Shown: positions 52,190-62,085 of the stretch, one piece after another
Layout of the letters: each line of letters starts with the position of its first letter
Position numbering within the stretch: position 1 is the stretch's first letter
NCBI GenBank assembly: GCA_036265385.1
Contig: DATAPD010000046.1
Location: 27,059-91,058, forward strand
Source: Terriglobales bacterium
GTDB taxonomy: Bacteria > Acidobacteriota > Terriglobia > Terriglobales > Acidobacteriaceae
Direction: 5' to 3'
Length of the DNA stretch: 64,000 bases
The notes under the pieces: generated by a model
Told to the model about the DNA's origin: nothing
The model's database searches: none
Seen by the model: the letters and a program-made list of their open reading frames with translations, nothing else
Translations under genes and position numbers: made by a program

Positions 52190-53284
52190 TTATCGCGCGA
52201 TACGCGCGCCCTTTCCTTCCATTACGCGTAGGACCTCTGAAAGCGTGACCATGCTCGTATCACCGGGCGTGGTCATCGCCAGCGCGCCGTGCGCTGCGCC
52301 GCACTCGACGGCCCATTGCGGGTCTTTGCCTGCTAGAAAGCCGTAAATCAATCCGGACGCGAAAGAATCACCTCCACCGACGCGATCGTAGATTTCGAGA
52401 TCCTTACGTTCGCGAGCTTGGTAAAACTTTCCGTCGGCAAAGCAGATGGCACCCCAATCGTTACGGGAAGCCGTGTGCGCCTTGCGCAGCGTGGTTGCGA
52501 CAACCTGAAAAGGGTAGTCTTGCACGACCTTCGTGATCATGTTCTTGAAACTGGTGGCTTCGAATTCAGTCAGGTCGGCAGTGGTGCCGGCAATTTCGTA
52601 GCCGAGCGCTGCAGAAAAGTCTTCTTCATTGCCGATCATGACATCCACATGAGGAGCGATGCGGCGGTTCACTTTCTGAGATTGCTGCTTGCCCCCAATC
52701 GACTTCCAAAGCGAGGGACGATAGTTCAGATCATAGGAAACAATCGTTCCGTGCCGCTTGGCTGCTTGCATGGCTTCGAGCGTCACTTCGGGAGTTGTAG
52801 CAGATAAAGACGTGAAGATGCCGCCGGTGTGTAGCCAGCGCGCGCCGTATTCACCGAAGATGTTGTCCCATGGCACATCGCCGGGTTTGAGTTGTGAAAC
52901 AGCAGTGTGGCCTCGGTCGTATGAGCCAACGGCAGCGCGCACACCGAAGCCTCGCTCGGTGAAATTGAGGCCATTGCGTACGGACCGTCCAACTCCGTCG
53001 TGGTCGACCCATCGGATGAGTGACTGATCGACGCCGCCCTGGTAAATGAAATCCTGGATGAGACGGCCGACTGGATCATCAGCGAAAGCAGTGACGACTG
53101 CCGTTTCCAACCCGAAGCAGCGCTTCAAACCGCGCGCGACGTTGTATTCGCCTCCACCTTCGCAGACATCGAACGTTCGTGCATTCGCAATCCGGCGATC
53201 CCCTGGGTCGAAGCGAAGCATCACCTCGCCGAGGCTGACGAGATCCCACTTGCATGTATTCTTCGGACGAATCGAAAGTCCCAT
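52190..53284 (-). CDS. kdgK: PfkB-family sugar kinase, 2-dehydro-3-deoxygluconokinase-like
   Basis: Start at MGLSIRP. Motifs …LVSLGEVMLRFDPG… and …DRVGGGDSFASGLIYG… (PfkB signature 2). It is adjacent to eda. Confidence 0.75.
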   Translation of the reverse strand: MGLSIRPKNTCKWDLVSLGEVMLRFDPGDRRIANARTFDVCEGGGEYNVARGLKRCFGLETAVVTAFADDPVGRLIQDFIYQGGVDQSLIRWVDHDGVGRSVRNGLNFTERGFGVRAAVGSYDRGHTAVSQLKPGDVPWDNIFGEYGARWLHTGGIFTSLSATTPEVTLEAMQAAKRHGTIVSYDLNYRPSLWKSIGGKQQSQKVNRRIAPHVDVMIGNEEDFSAALGYEIAGTTADLTEFEATSFKNMITKVVQDYPFQVVATTLRKAHTASRNDWGAICFADGKFYQARERKDLEIYDRVGGGDSFASGLIYGFLAGKDPQWAVECGAAHGALAMTTPGDTSMVTLSEVLRVMEGKGARIAR

Positions 53285-53430
53285 TAGTATTGACTCCCGT
53301 AGAGCGCGAGAGCTCGGCGCGCCATACAAAGATTCTGTATTGTTATACACAAAGGGAAAGCCCGAGTGCGGTGCTTACGGCTGATCCCAAAAGATTGTGC
53401 ATTTGCAGTACGGAGATCAAGAGGAAGTGA

Positions 53431-55074
53431 ATGGCAAGCGTTTTGAAATTGCACCCCGAAGACAATGTTCTGATCGCTCTGCGAGATTTGCGCAAAGGAG
53501 AGCACGTCGCGATTGCGGAACACTCGGTGACGCTCGCGTCCGACGTTCCGTCTAAACATAAATTTGCGACCGACTCACTTCAACCGGGCGATGCCGTGAT
53601 GATGTACGGAGTTCTTGTTGGACGGGCAGCGCAGCCGATATCTCAGGGTTCCGTTTTGACAACGCTGAACACTCGCCATGAAGCCTCCCCATTTCAGGAG
53701 AAATCGTCCGAGTACCGTTGGCAGGCTCCTGACGTTGCGCGATGGAAAAACCTCAGTTTCCTCGGATATCAAAGGAGTGATGGGCAGGTAGGAACCAGGA
53801 ATTACTGGTTAGTTGTGCCTCTCGTTTTTTGTGAGAACCGGAATGTCGAGGTGCTGAAAGAAGCATTCGAAGAAGAGTTAGGATTTGCGCGACCGAAGGT
53901 GTATCGGCAACAAGTGTCGCGGCTGGCACAGCTCTATCGCGAAGGCCAATTAGAAAAAGAATCAGCATTTGCTGATGAGCCCCGTCCATCGGCCAAGCAA
54001 CCTCCTCTCTTTAAGAACGTTGATGGGGTCAAGTTCCTGTTACATCAGGCGGGCTGCGGCGGAACGCGTGACGATTCGCAAACTTTGTGCGGGCTGATCG
54101 CAGGCTATTTGCATCATCCGAATGTTGCAGGCGCGACGATCTTGAGCCTCGGTTGTCAGAATGCGCAGGTGAAGATCCTGCGCGAAGAATTGGAACGGCG
54201 CGACCGGGACTTCAGGAAACCATTTCTGATTTTCGAGCAGCAAAAGAGTGGAACGGAGCTCGCCATGATGTCGGAAGCGATCCGGTCTACGTTCTTCGGG
54301 CTGGTTGAGGCGGAGAAGTGCACCCGCACTCCTAGCCCGCTCTCGAAGTTGTGCATCGGTTTGAAATGTGGCGGATCAGATGGTTTTTCGGGCATCTCTG
54401 CGAATCCGGCGGTCGGACAGGTATCGGACCTTGTTGTTTCTCTTGGCGGCCGAACAATCTTGTCAGAGTTTCCTGAATTGTGCGGGGTTGAACAAGCTCT
54501 GATCAATCGGGCCGTAAATAAAGAAGTGGGAAATCGGTTCATTCAACTTATGAGCGATTACGCTGCGCGTGCGAAGGCGGTCCGGTCGGGATTCGAGATG
54601 AATCCTTCGCCAGGAAATATTAAGGACGGTTTGCTCACCGACGCCATGAAGTCGGCAGGGGCCGCGCGAAAGGGAGGCACCGCACCCGTGGCAGCCGTCA
54701 TCGATTATCCGGAGTACTCGACCACGCCGGGACTGAATCTGCAATGCACTCCAGGGAATGATGTCGAATGCGTGACAGCGCAGGTGGGCGCGGGCGCAAA
54801 TATCGTGCTTTTCACAACTGGTCTTGGAACGCCCACTGGGAACCCGATCGCACCTGTGATCAAAGTTGCGACCAACTCTGAACTGACGCAACGGATGGGT
54901 GACATCATCGATGTAGACTGCGGCCCGATTGTTTCCGGAGAAAGATCGATCGAGCAGATGGGAGCGGATTTGCTAGAGACGATCGTGCACGTTGCAAGCG
55001 GAGAAGTGCGTACTAAAGCGGAATTACTTGGACAGGACGATTTCATTCCATGGAAACGCGGAATTTCTCTATGA
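53431..55074 (+). CDS. uxaA: UxaA family (altronate/galactarate-type) sugar-acid dehydratase
   Basis: N-terminal SAF domain (LHPEDNVLIALRDLRKGE) and a large C-terminal GD_AH domain (…GYQRSDGQVGTRNYWLV…, …GCGGTRDD…, …LFTTGLGTPTGNPIAPVIKV…). Confidence 0.8.
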   Translation: MASVLKLHPEDNVLIALRDLRKGEHVAIAEHSVTLASDVPSKHKFATDSLQPGDAVMMYGVLVGRAAQPISQGSVLTTLNTRHEASPFQEKSSEYRWQAPDVARWKNLSFLGYQRSDGQVGTRNYWLVVPLVFCENRNVEVLKEAFEEELGFARPKVYRQQVSRLAQLYREGQLEKESAFADEPRPSAKQPPLFKNVDGVKFLLHQAGCGGTRDDSQTLCGLIAGYLHHPNVAGATILSLGCQNAQVKILREELERRDRDFRKPFLIFEQQKSGTELAMMSEAIRSTFFGLVEAEKCTRTPSPLSKLCIGLKCGGSDGFSGISANPAVGQVSDLVVSLGGRTILSEFPELCGVEQALINRAVNKEVGNRFIQLMSDYAARAKAVRSGFEMNPSPGNIKDGLLTDAMKSAGAARKGGTAPVAAVIDYPEYSTTPGLNLQCTPGNDVECVTAQVGAGANIVLFTTGLGTPTGNPIAPVIKVATNSELTQRMGDIIDVDCGPIVSGERSIEQMGADLLETIVHVASGEVRTKAELLGQDDFIPWKRGISL

Positions 55075-57113
55075 GGCCTATCGTGTGGTTCGCAATTCTG
55101 GTTCTTCTTATTTCGGCTGCTGCGCCTTCAATATTTGCTGCGGATAACCCGGCACCTCCAGCCGAAGCATTCCAGGTCTTACCTAGTCCCGCCAAAGTGG
55201 CACCAATCATCACACCATATCTGCGATACCAAACGGAGATGGCTTGGCGCCAAGACGATCAACGCAAGAAAAAATGGGAAGGGATCAAGACCGAAAATGA
55301 TTTGCTCCGGGTGCAAAAAGAAATGGAGCGGCAACTTCTAGCGATGCTCGGTGGACTTCCAGAGAAACGAACTCCTCTGAATCCGCAGGTCACCGGCAAG
55401 ATCCCGATGAATGGATTCCATATCGAAAAGTTGATTTTTGAAAGTTTGCCGGGAATATACGTAACTGCGCTCGTGTACGTCCCCGAGGACGGCAAGGAAA
55501 AACATCCTGGCATTCTTGTGCCCGTGGGACATGCCTCGAACGGAAAGGCACATTACCAAGCTCTGTGTCAGCACCTCGTGAAGCGAGGGTACGTGGTGAT
55601 TTGCTGGGATCCTCCCGGACAAGGTGAAAGGAGCCAGTTCTGGGATGCTAAGGCAGGGAAAAGTCGTTACAACCTCATCTGCGCGGAACACGCGGTGATG
55701 GGAAACTTAGCGTATCTCGCCGGCACCAATCTGGCGCGCTGGGAAATCTGGGATGGCATTCGCGCTATCGATTACCTGGTAAGCCGGCCCGATGTGGATT
55801 CTGAGCGCATCAATGTCACTGGCACGAGTGGTGGAGGCTTTCAGGCGGCGCACATCGCAGCGCTCGACCGTCGCATCAAAGTAGCGGCTCCTTCCTGTTA
55901 CATCACCGCACTTCCGATGCGAGTGTATAACCGAATCTTCAAAGACCCGGACAGCGATCCCGAACAGGACTTGTATGGGATCATCTCCAAGGGCATCGAT
56001 CATCCAGGCCTATTACTGATGATGTATCCGCGGCCGGTTTTTGTGGCTGCCGCGGTTTTAGATTTTTTCCCGATCGAAGGGGCGCACAAGACCGTGCGCG
56101 AGATAACGGACATCTACAGCCGCTTTCATCATGCCGACCGAATTGCGATGGCAGAGGGATATCACGAACATCAGTTCTCGCCGGAAAATCAGGAAGCGGC
56201 TATGGATTTTTTGGATCACTTTAACGGGCTTCCACAAGTAAAAGGACTTGCCAGCGTCGAGGAACTCGACGAAAGGAAAGTGCAAGTCACGAGATCGGGC
56301 CAGGTGGTGATGGACTTTCCCAATGCTCGATCCATCATGGATGAAATCCGTGATTATTCGATTGCACATAAGACGGCTGTCCCGACTTCATTGAAATCTC
56401 TTTATTTTTCGGAGGGTTATGCGAACGTGAATCGTTGGGCAGTTGCTGAGGATTTAGGTGCCGTCGTCACGGGAGACGCAGTCACTTGGGAAAAGGTCGG
56501 AAGCACGGATCTGCAGTCCGTCCTCATCGATCGATACCTTTTGCGGCATAGTCGCTACATGGAGATGCCTTTGTTGTATGTGCATCATGCAACTCGCTCT
56601 TCACGGCTTCTGCTTTGGTTTGGGCCGAGCGGAAAAGCTTCAGCCGAGAACTGGCCGGATGTAATGAAGGCCATCGACGGCGGATATGACGTTCTTTCGA
56701 TTGATCCGCGGGGACAGGGCGAAACTCGCATGCCCTACAAAGCTGTTTCACCAGACGATCCGAAATTGGCTGAACTGCCTTTCGAACGCGCATACGCTAG
56801 TCCACTCTCCGGAGTTCTGGCTGACTATGTGTACAACTCTGTTCTCACGGGGAGACCTTATTTCTTGCAGATGATCGAAGACGCAGAAATCGCGCTGCGC
56901 TTCGATGCGTCGCTAGGACCCCGTGAAGAGATAGCTGTTACGGGAACCGGTGAGGGGTACACGGTTGCGACTGCAGTTTCAGAGACGCTGCCGGATGTGA
57001 AACTGCTGCCCAGTTCGACGGAACACACGTTCGCGTGGTCGGAAGTAGTCGACCAAAAAGCCGAGACTTGGCCCATCCAATTCTTACTGCCCAGCGGCGC
57101 GCACATTCATTGA
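55071..57113 (+). CDS. Secreted alpha/beta hydrolase (acetylxylan esterase-like N-part plus a second a/b-like region)
   Basis: The ATG overlaps the uxaA stop (ATGA). A signal peptide is present and the nucleophile elbow is GTSGGG. Confidence 0.6.
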   Translation: MRPIVWFAILVLLISAAAPSIFAADNPAPPAEAFQVLPSPAKVAPIITPYLRYQTEMAWRQDDQRKKKWEGIKTENDLLRVQKEMERQLLAMLGGLPEKRTPLNPQVTGKIPMNGFHIEKLIFESLPGIYVTALVYVPEDGKEKHPGILVPVGHASNGKAHYQALCQHLVKRGYVVICWDPPGQGERSQFWDAKAGKSRYNLICAEHAVMGNLAYLAGTNLARWEIWDGIRAIDYLVSRPDVDSERINVTGTSGGGFQAAHIAALDRRIKVAAPSCYITALPMRVYNRIFKDPDSDPEQDLYGIISKGIDHPGLLLMMYPRPVFVAAAVLDFFPIEGAHKTVREITDIYSRFHHADRIAMAEGYHEHQFSPENQEAAMDFLDHFNGLPQVKGLASVEELDERKVQVTRSGQVVMDFPNARSIMDEIRDYSIAHKTAVPTSLKSLYFSEGYANVNRWAVAEDLGAVVTGDAVTWEKVGSTDLQSVLIDRYLLRHSRYMEMPLLYVHHATRSSRLLLWFGPSGKASAENWPDVMKAIDGGYDVLSIDPRGQGETRMPYKAVSPDDPKLAELPFERAYASPLSGVLADYVYNSVLTGRPYFLQMIEDAEIALRFDASLGPREEIAVTGTGEGYTVATAVSETLPDVKLLPSSTEHTFAWSEVVDQKAETWPIQFLLPSGAHIH

Positions 57114-57133
57114 TCGCCGGGCAGTACGCTTCT

Positions 57134-58918
57134 CTATTGCGATGGCACAACCGGCAAGATCAACGCAGAGGGATGTTCTGCATCGTGATATACGGTGTTC
57201 GTGGCATTCAGGAAAGTACGCGCTGAAGCGCTGTCCTGGCCAGTGTTCGGGTTTCGATCAAAACGAGGAAAGTTGCTGCTGCTGATTTCCAGACGCAAGC
57301 GGTGTCCTTTTAGAAACACATTGCTGGTCGCCCAAACATCGATGTTGAATTTGTAGACCTGGCCGGGGTTCATGAGCGTGGGCTTTTCTTGCGATTCACG
57401 ATAGCGTGCCCGAATGATGCCCTCGGTCAGGTTTTGAGCATAGCCGTCAGGCCAGACGTCCACCAGCTTGGCTGTGAAATCGGTATCCGCTGCGGAAGAA
57501 CTTGCGAAGAGCTCAACAGCCACTGGTCCGGTAACTTCGAAGTCTTGTGCGAAGGCAGGCGTGGAATAGACCAATACATCCGGACGAGCCTCTGCCGCGC
57601 GCTGATCCCGTGGTCCTGGCGGCCAATGGTTCGAGTCACAGCAGAGTGGGCCACCGATCGTGGGCACCGGGTTCGTGGGATCGTAGATATAACGATCTGA
57701 GTTTTCTGCTTTCGGCGCTGATGTAGAGAGAACGCCATCCCCAGTTACCGAATTGGCTTTGCCTGCTGAGTGCAGAAAATACTTTGTTGTGCGCGCTCTC
57801 GGAAGTGGCCAATCATCTTCGCTTCGCCACTGATTAATACCCATCACAAAAATCTTAACGGGCTGTTTCGACGCGAATTCGTTGTTGATGCCTTTGAAGA
57901 TAGAGTCGTACCAGGCTAGGGATTGCATGTCTTCTTGGTCAGGCTCGGCGGCAGGACCAAAATCGAGGTCTCCGATTTTGCGTCCCGATCCGGCGTGTCC
58001 GCCAATGGCCACGAGAAGGCGCTGCCCTTGTCGAGCGGCATCCGTCGCAGCATGCGATTTGATTCCTACGTAATTGCGCAGCGATCCACCCAGAAAGATG
58101 TCATACCATGCTGCGACCGTCAGGATGGGAACATTGATCTGCGAATAGCGCTCTTCGATCGAAAGATCTTTCCAATACGAGTCGTAATTCGGATGCGCCA
58201 GCCAGTCCAGGAAGTAAGGCGCTAGCGATCGCAGTCGGTCCCCCTCTGAGGCACTCTGGGGTATAGAGAACAACGGATATTCTGTGAGCGGCACCGTCCA
58301 CATGCCGTTTCTGGTATTCGTGCCATTCTCCACGGCGCGCCGAAATGTATCTTGCGCCAGGCCAGACGTCCACGACTCGTTGAACCATTGCTCGAACGCG
58401 CCGCCCTGGTAAGTCCACCCGTCGTGGTAATTGCTCGCGGTCACGACCGGGGCGATTCCGGCGAGATGCGGAGGATGCATGACGGCGGTTAGCATCTGCG
58501 TGGCTCCGACATAGGAACCACCAAACATGCCAACCTTGCCATTCGATTGCGGTAGTGCTGCAGCCCACTCGACGGTATCAAAGCCGTCATTGGATTCATT
58601 TTTGAATGGATACCACTCGCCATCGGACGAGTAGCGGCCACGAACGTCCTGCACCACCACGATGTAGCCGCGGCTCGCCGCTTTGATTGCAAGACCTGCC
58701 GTGCTGTCCTTGTTGTAAGGAGTTCGTTCGAGGAGCACAGGAAATGTGCCCTCGCTTTTGGGACGGTACACGTCAGCGCGCAGCACAGTGCCGTCTCGCA
58801 TCTTTGCCTCGACACCATATTCGACTGTGATCGGATATGGCTCAGCGCCGTAGGACACGACACAAGTCATCCAACAGATTTGCAAGATCACCAGGAACAG
58901 TTTTCTTTGAAGTGGCAC
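57134..58918 (-). CDS. CocE/NonD family hydrolase (S15 X-Pro dipeptidyl-peptidase-like)
   Basis: …PVLLERTPYNKD…, …VVQDVRGRYSSDGEW…, …GMFGGSYVGATQ…, and a C-terminal jelly-roll domain. A signal peptide is present. Confidence 0.8.
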   Translation of the reverse strand: MPLQRKLFLVILQICWMTCVVSYGAEPYPITVEYGVEAKMRDGTVLRADVYRPKSEGTFPVLLERTPYNKDSTAGLAIKAASRGYIVVVQDVRGRYSSDGEWYPFKNESNDGFDTVEWAAALPQSNGKVGMFGGSYVGATQMLTAVMHPPHLAGIAPVVTASNYHDGWTYQGGAFEQWFNESWTSGLAQDTFRRAVENGTNTRNGMWTVPLTEYPLFSIPQSASEGDRLRSLAPYFLDWLAHPNYDSYWKDLSIEERYSQINVPILTVAAWYDIFLGGSLRNYVGIKSHAATDAARQGQRLLVAIGGHAGSGRKIGDLDFGPAAEPDQEDMQSLAWYDSIFKGINNEFASKQPVKIFVMGINQWRSEDDWPLPRARTTKYFLHSAGKANSVTGDGVLSTSAPKAENSDRYIYDPTNPVPTIGGPLCCDSNHWPPGPRDQRAAEARPDVLVYSTPAFAQDFEVTGPVAVELFASSSAADTDFTAKLVDVWPDGYAQNLTEGIIRARYRESQEKPTLMNPGQVYKFNIDVWATSNVFLKGHRLRLEISSSNFPRFDRNPNTGQDSASARTFLNATNTVYHDAEHPSALILPVVPSQ

Positions 58919-59018
58919 GGCGTGGCTCCTTTTCGGTTTTTTCGAAGGGTTCGTGGACTCTTCACGAACGGATTGCTATGAGATCGCAATGCATGCTTCC
59001 GTATAATGCAAACTCATT

Positions 59019-59990
59019 GTGAATCTGGACAAGTCGAATGCGCCTGTGCCCGCGGCCGCTCTCGGTTTCGATATCGGCGCAACCAGCATCAAGGCCGGAA
59101 TTGTCAGCAGCGACGGGAAGATGCTTGAAAGCTGGCATCAACCATCCCCGCGAAGCCGCGAAACCCTCCGAGATTTCATTCATGCATGCCTTAATAAAAC
59201 TAAGGCTCCGATAAAAGGAGTTGGCGTCGGTTGTCGTGGGATTATCGACCCGAGGACGTCGCGCATCAACGATATTCCGGGTGTTCTGCAATTTTTGAAA
59301 GGTACGCTGCTGACCGAGTTGATCGGAGTTGATGGGCTTCTTGTTCGAGTCGATAACGATGCGCGAACCGCTCTGCTCGCCGAAGTCTTGTGGGGTGCCG
59401 CACGCGGTCGACGCAATGTCGTGCTGTTGACGTTGGGGACGGGAGTGGGCGGAGCAGCCATGGTGGATGGCGTGATTTTGCATGGTGCCGCTGGCATTGC
59501 GGGGCACTTCGGCCACATGACAGTCGATATCGGAGGCGGACTCTGCATTTGTGGCAACCGCGGTTGCCTCGAAACGCGCTTCTCTTCGCGGGCGATCGAA
59601 GCCGACTACTTCGCTCATATGCATCGAGCGGCAAAACACAGGTTGGCACTTGGCAAAGACGGCCAGACTCCGGATACCGAAGCAATCTTTCGTGCAGCGG
59701 CCAATGGCGATGAGAGCGCTATCTGTGTGCTCGATCGAGCGATTGAGTCGCTGACCGCCGCTGTCGTGAGTCTTCTTCACATCTTCGATCCCGAAGTGCT
59801 CATCGTGGGTGGAAACATCGTTACGGCGGGTGAGCAATTGCTGGTCCCACTGCGCACGGGTGTTACGAAATACTCTCGCAGGATGCTCCGCCGTGAAGTT
59901 CCGATTGTTGCCCAAACTCAGATCGGATACGGTGGCGTACTCGGCGCAGCCGGGCTGGTCTTCCTTGAACATGGGCTATTGAAAATCTAA
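59019..59990 (+). CDS. ROK family sugar kinase/regulator-like protein
   Basis: …LGFDIGATSIKAG…, …LTLGTGVGGA…, and the zinc motif GHM…CICGNRGCLE. The start codon is GTG. Confidence 0.85.
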   Translation: MNLDKSNAPVPAAALGFDIGATSIKAGIVSSDGKMLESWHQPSPRSRETLRDFIHACLNKTKAPIKGVGVGCRGIIDPRTSRINDIPGVLQFLKGTLLTELIGVDGLLVRVDNDARTALLAEVLWGAARGRRNVVLLTLGTGVGGAAMVDGVILHGAAGIAGHFGHMTVDIGGGLCICGNRGCLETRFSSRAIEADYFAHMHRAAKHRLALGKDGQTPDTEAIFRAAANGDESAICVLDRAIESLTAAVVSLLHIFDPEVLIVGGNIVTAGEQLLVPLRTGVTKYSRRMLRREVPIVAQTQIGYGGVLGAAGLVFLEHGLLKI

Positions 59991-60032
59991 AGCCCCGCCT
60001 TGCCTGAGAGGTGAACAAGGCAGGGCATCTTC

Positions 60033-61253
60033 TCAATGAACTGTGACCGTTACTGTCGCGGTGGTGCGTCCAAACTGGTTTGTTGAATAGAACGTGTAAG
60101 TGGTGGTGGCTGTAGGTGTGACCACGATTTGTGTTCCGCGCACTGGTCCAACCTGTGGATCGATGATGTTGTAGGTGCTATTGCTTACACTCCAGCTGAG
60201 TGTCACGGGAGATCCGGCCGTCACACTTGTTGGATTCGCGGTGAAACTGCTGATCGTTGGTGACGGTCCAGTTGGAACATTGGCCGGTGTGTAGATAGTC
60301 CCCATTTGCACCACTTCGAAATTGCTGGCTGTGATGTTCTTCAGCAGATTGAGATTGGTATTGTTCCAGCGATCGTCCGGCACGCCACTGATGAAGATGG
60401 CACTGCCGTTGTCTGCCAGGATCATGCCGTATTTCTTCATGGCGGTAAGGATCACCTGGTCATCCGCGGGGTAACCGGAGATGTTGAAGCTAGCCTTCAG
60501 GCGTATCCGTGTGCCCATCGGAGGAGCGTTCGGATCGGTTGTTGTCGAAGCCCAGTGCGTGGCAGGTAGCACGAAGGCTTTTTGCGAAGTTGGTACCGTA
60601 AAACGTAACGCATGATTGATGGCACCTGCTGTTACTTCGTCGTATCTCGCGAGTCCCACAAATACGGGAAGGCCCGCCGCATCTGCTGAGGTCCAGGTGT
60701 AAGGGCGCTGTTCATTGATGGTCATGTCCCAAATCGCGGTTGAGTCTGCGCTCCATTTGCCGTTCTTCACAGATGCGTTGTAGAGCTCGTACAACCAGCA
60801 TCCATCTTTTTCAAGAACGAGAACGTGCCGGTCACCGTTGCCAGGTTTTGGATAACCTTCGATGAGTGCATTCGAAGGAATCGGTTCAGGACCAGGATCA
60901 CTCTCGTCGAAAAAGGCCCCGAGTGTGACTGGAACTTTTGCCTGACTTCCGGCGACAACTTGATAGGGAATACCGAGCGTCTGATTGTGGAATGTGCCGG
61001 CGCCGAAATCCGGGTGTAGCGTGACGGTGGACCCAATGAAGTTGATGATGTTCGCCGAGTTGGGGTCGACTGGAAGTGCCGAGACATCCGTATTCCACAA
61101 GTTGCTTGTGGGGAAAGGCACGAAGCCATTCAGGCTAGCACCTTGTCCGAGAATCATCCCACTGCACGTACCTGCCTGACCCAGAGCCGTAATCGCGTAA
61201 AGCAAGAAAGCAACGAATACAGAGATTGCTGCCAAGTTGCTCGACTTTCGCAT
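60033..61253 (-). CDS. Secreted hypothetical protein with a C-terminal Ig-like domain
   Basis: Start at MRKSSNLAAISVFVAFLLYAITALGQ. The last 90 aa or so (…ISSFTANPTSVTAGSPVTLSWSV…TTYTFYSTN…) look Ig-like. The core family is not recognised. Confidence 0.5.
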   Translation of the reverse strand: MRKSSNLAAISVFVAFLLYAITALGQAGTCSGMILGQGASLNGFVPFPTSNLWNTDVSALPVDPNSANIINFIGSTVTLHPDFGAGTFHNQTLGIPYQVVAGSQAKVPVTLGAFFDESDPGPEPIPSNALIEGYPKPGNGDRHVLVLEKDGCWLYELYNASVKNGKWSADSTAIWDMTINEQRPYTWTSADAAGLPVFVGLARYDEVTAGAINHALRFTVPTSQKAFVLPATHWASTTTDPNAPPMGTRIRLKASFNISGYPADDQVILTAMKKYGMILADNGSAIFISGVPDDRWNNTNLNLLKNITASNFEVVQMGTIYTPANVPTGPSPTISSFTANPTSVTAGSPVTLSWSVSNSTYNIIDPQVGPVRGTQIVVTPTATTTYTFYSTNQFGRTTATVTVTVH

Positions 61254-61383
61254 ACTAACTTCCTTTCTGAACTGCTCACAGCAGTCGTTTGGGTTTTGGA
61301 TTTGCATGTCCCCAACGATGGTGGCGCTACTTCGGGCCCTGACGATGTGACGCTAACTCTTTGGAAGTGTCTATTTGGATCGA

Positions 61384-62085
61384 TCAATGAACGAGTTTCA
61401 ACAAGCCAAATCTTTCCGGCGTGTGGAATGTTTTGTTCATTGGTGGCTGCCATGTGACTTCGTGCGCATGTTGGCCTTCGCCTCCGCTTCGGAACAGATT
61501 CATACGAAGAGTATTGCCCGGTCCTGCTGGTCGATTGTCGACAGAGCTGTACGGAATTCGCATTGCTGCATACCAAATGTGCTTGTCTTGATCCACTCGG
61601 GCCACTACTTCGAAACCCGAGTTCCATGTCCAACCTTCTTCGTGGTGCGGATTGTGCAGATTGATGTCGAGATCCACCCATTCACCTTGTGGCGAGACTT
61701 CAAACTCCTTGTAACGCTGGATGTCGGAAAAGTCCGATCCTAAAAAGACCTCGGCTACGTCCCAGTTCCACAGCTCATTGGTTTCTTTATCGGTGACTGG
61801 GTTCGATTTGAGGTGCAGCTGTTCGAAAGGACAAGTGAAGAGGAAGTACAGGTTGTCTTTCGTCCAGCGAGCGCGCACCTCGGTTCGATAGGCAGGCACG
61901 GCCTTGCCGAACGAGTCACGCTCCAGGAAAGCAGGATGCGCCTTTCGCCAGAAGTCGGACTTCGCGTCTAGGGTGAGGGGTACATTCTTTTCGGCATAGC
62001 GAGCCTCGACAACCCCGGGATCAGCGGCGAGAGCGGGGAGAATTCCGAGTAAGACGAAGCAAACTGCTTTAGCGAAGCCATTCAT
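61384..62085 (-). CDS. Secreted carbohydrate-binding family 9 (CBM9/DOMON-like) protein
   Basis: Start at MNGFAKAVCFVLLGILPALA with AGGAG upstream. …VRARWTKDNLYFLFTC…WNWDVAEVFL…YKEFEVSPQGEWVDL…WYAAMRIP… fits the CBM9-like pattern. Confidence 0.6.
   Translation of the reverse strand: MNGFAKAVCFVLLGILPALAADPGVVEARYAEKNVPLTLDAKSDFWRKAHPAFLERDSFGKAVPAYRTEVRARWTKDNLYFLFTCPFEQLHLKSNPVTDKETNELWNWDVAEVFLGSDFSDIQRYKEFEVSPQGEWVDLDINLHNPHHEEGWTWNSGFEVVARVDQDKHIWYAAMRIPYSSVDNRPAGPGNTLRMNLFRSGGEGQHAHEVTWQPPMNKTFHTPERFGLLKLVH

Noticed and set aside
58962-59972. 336-aa minus-strand ORF
   Set aside because: It is antisense to the ROK gene, which has the DIGAT and CxCGxxGCLE motifs. It is a shadow ORF.
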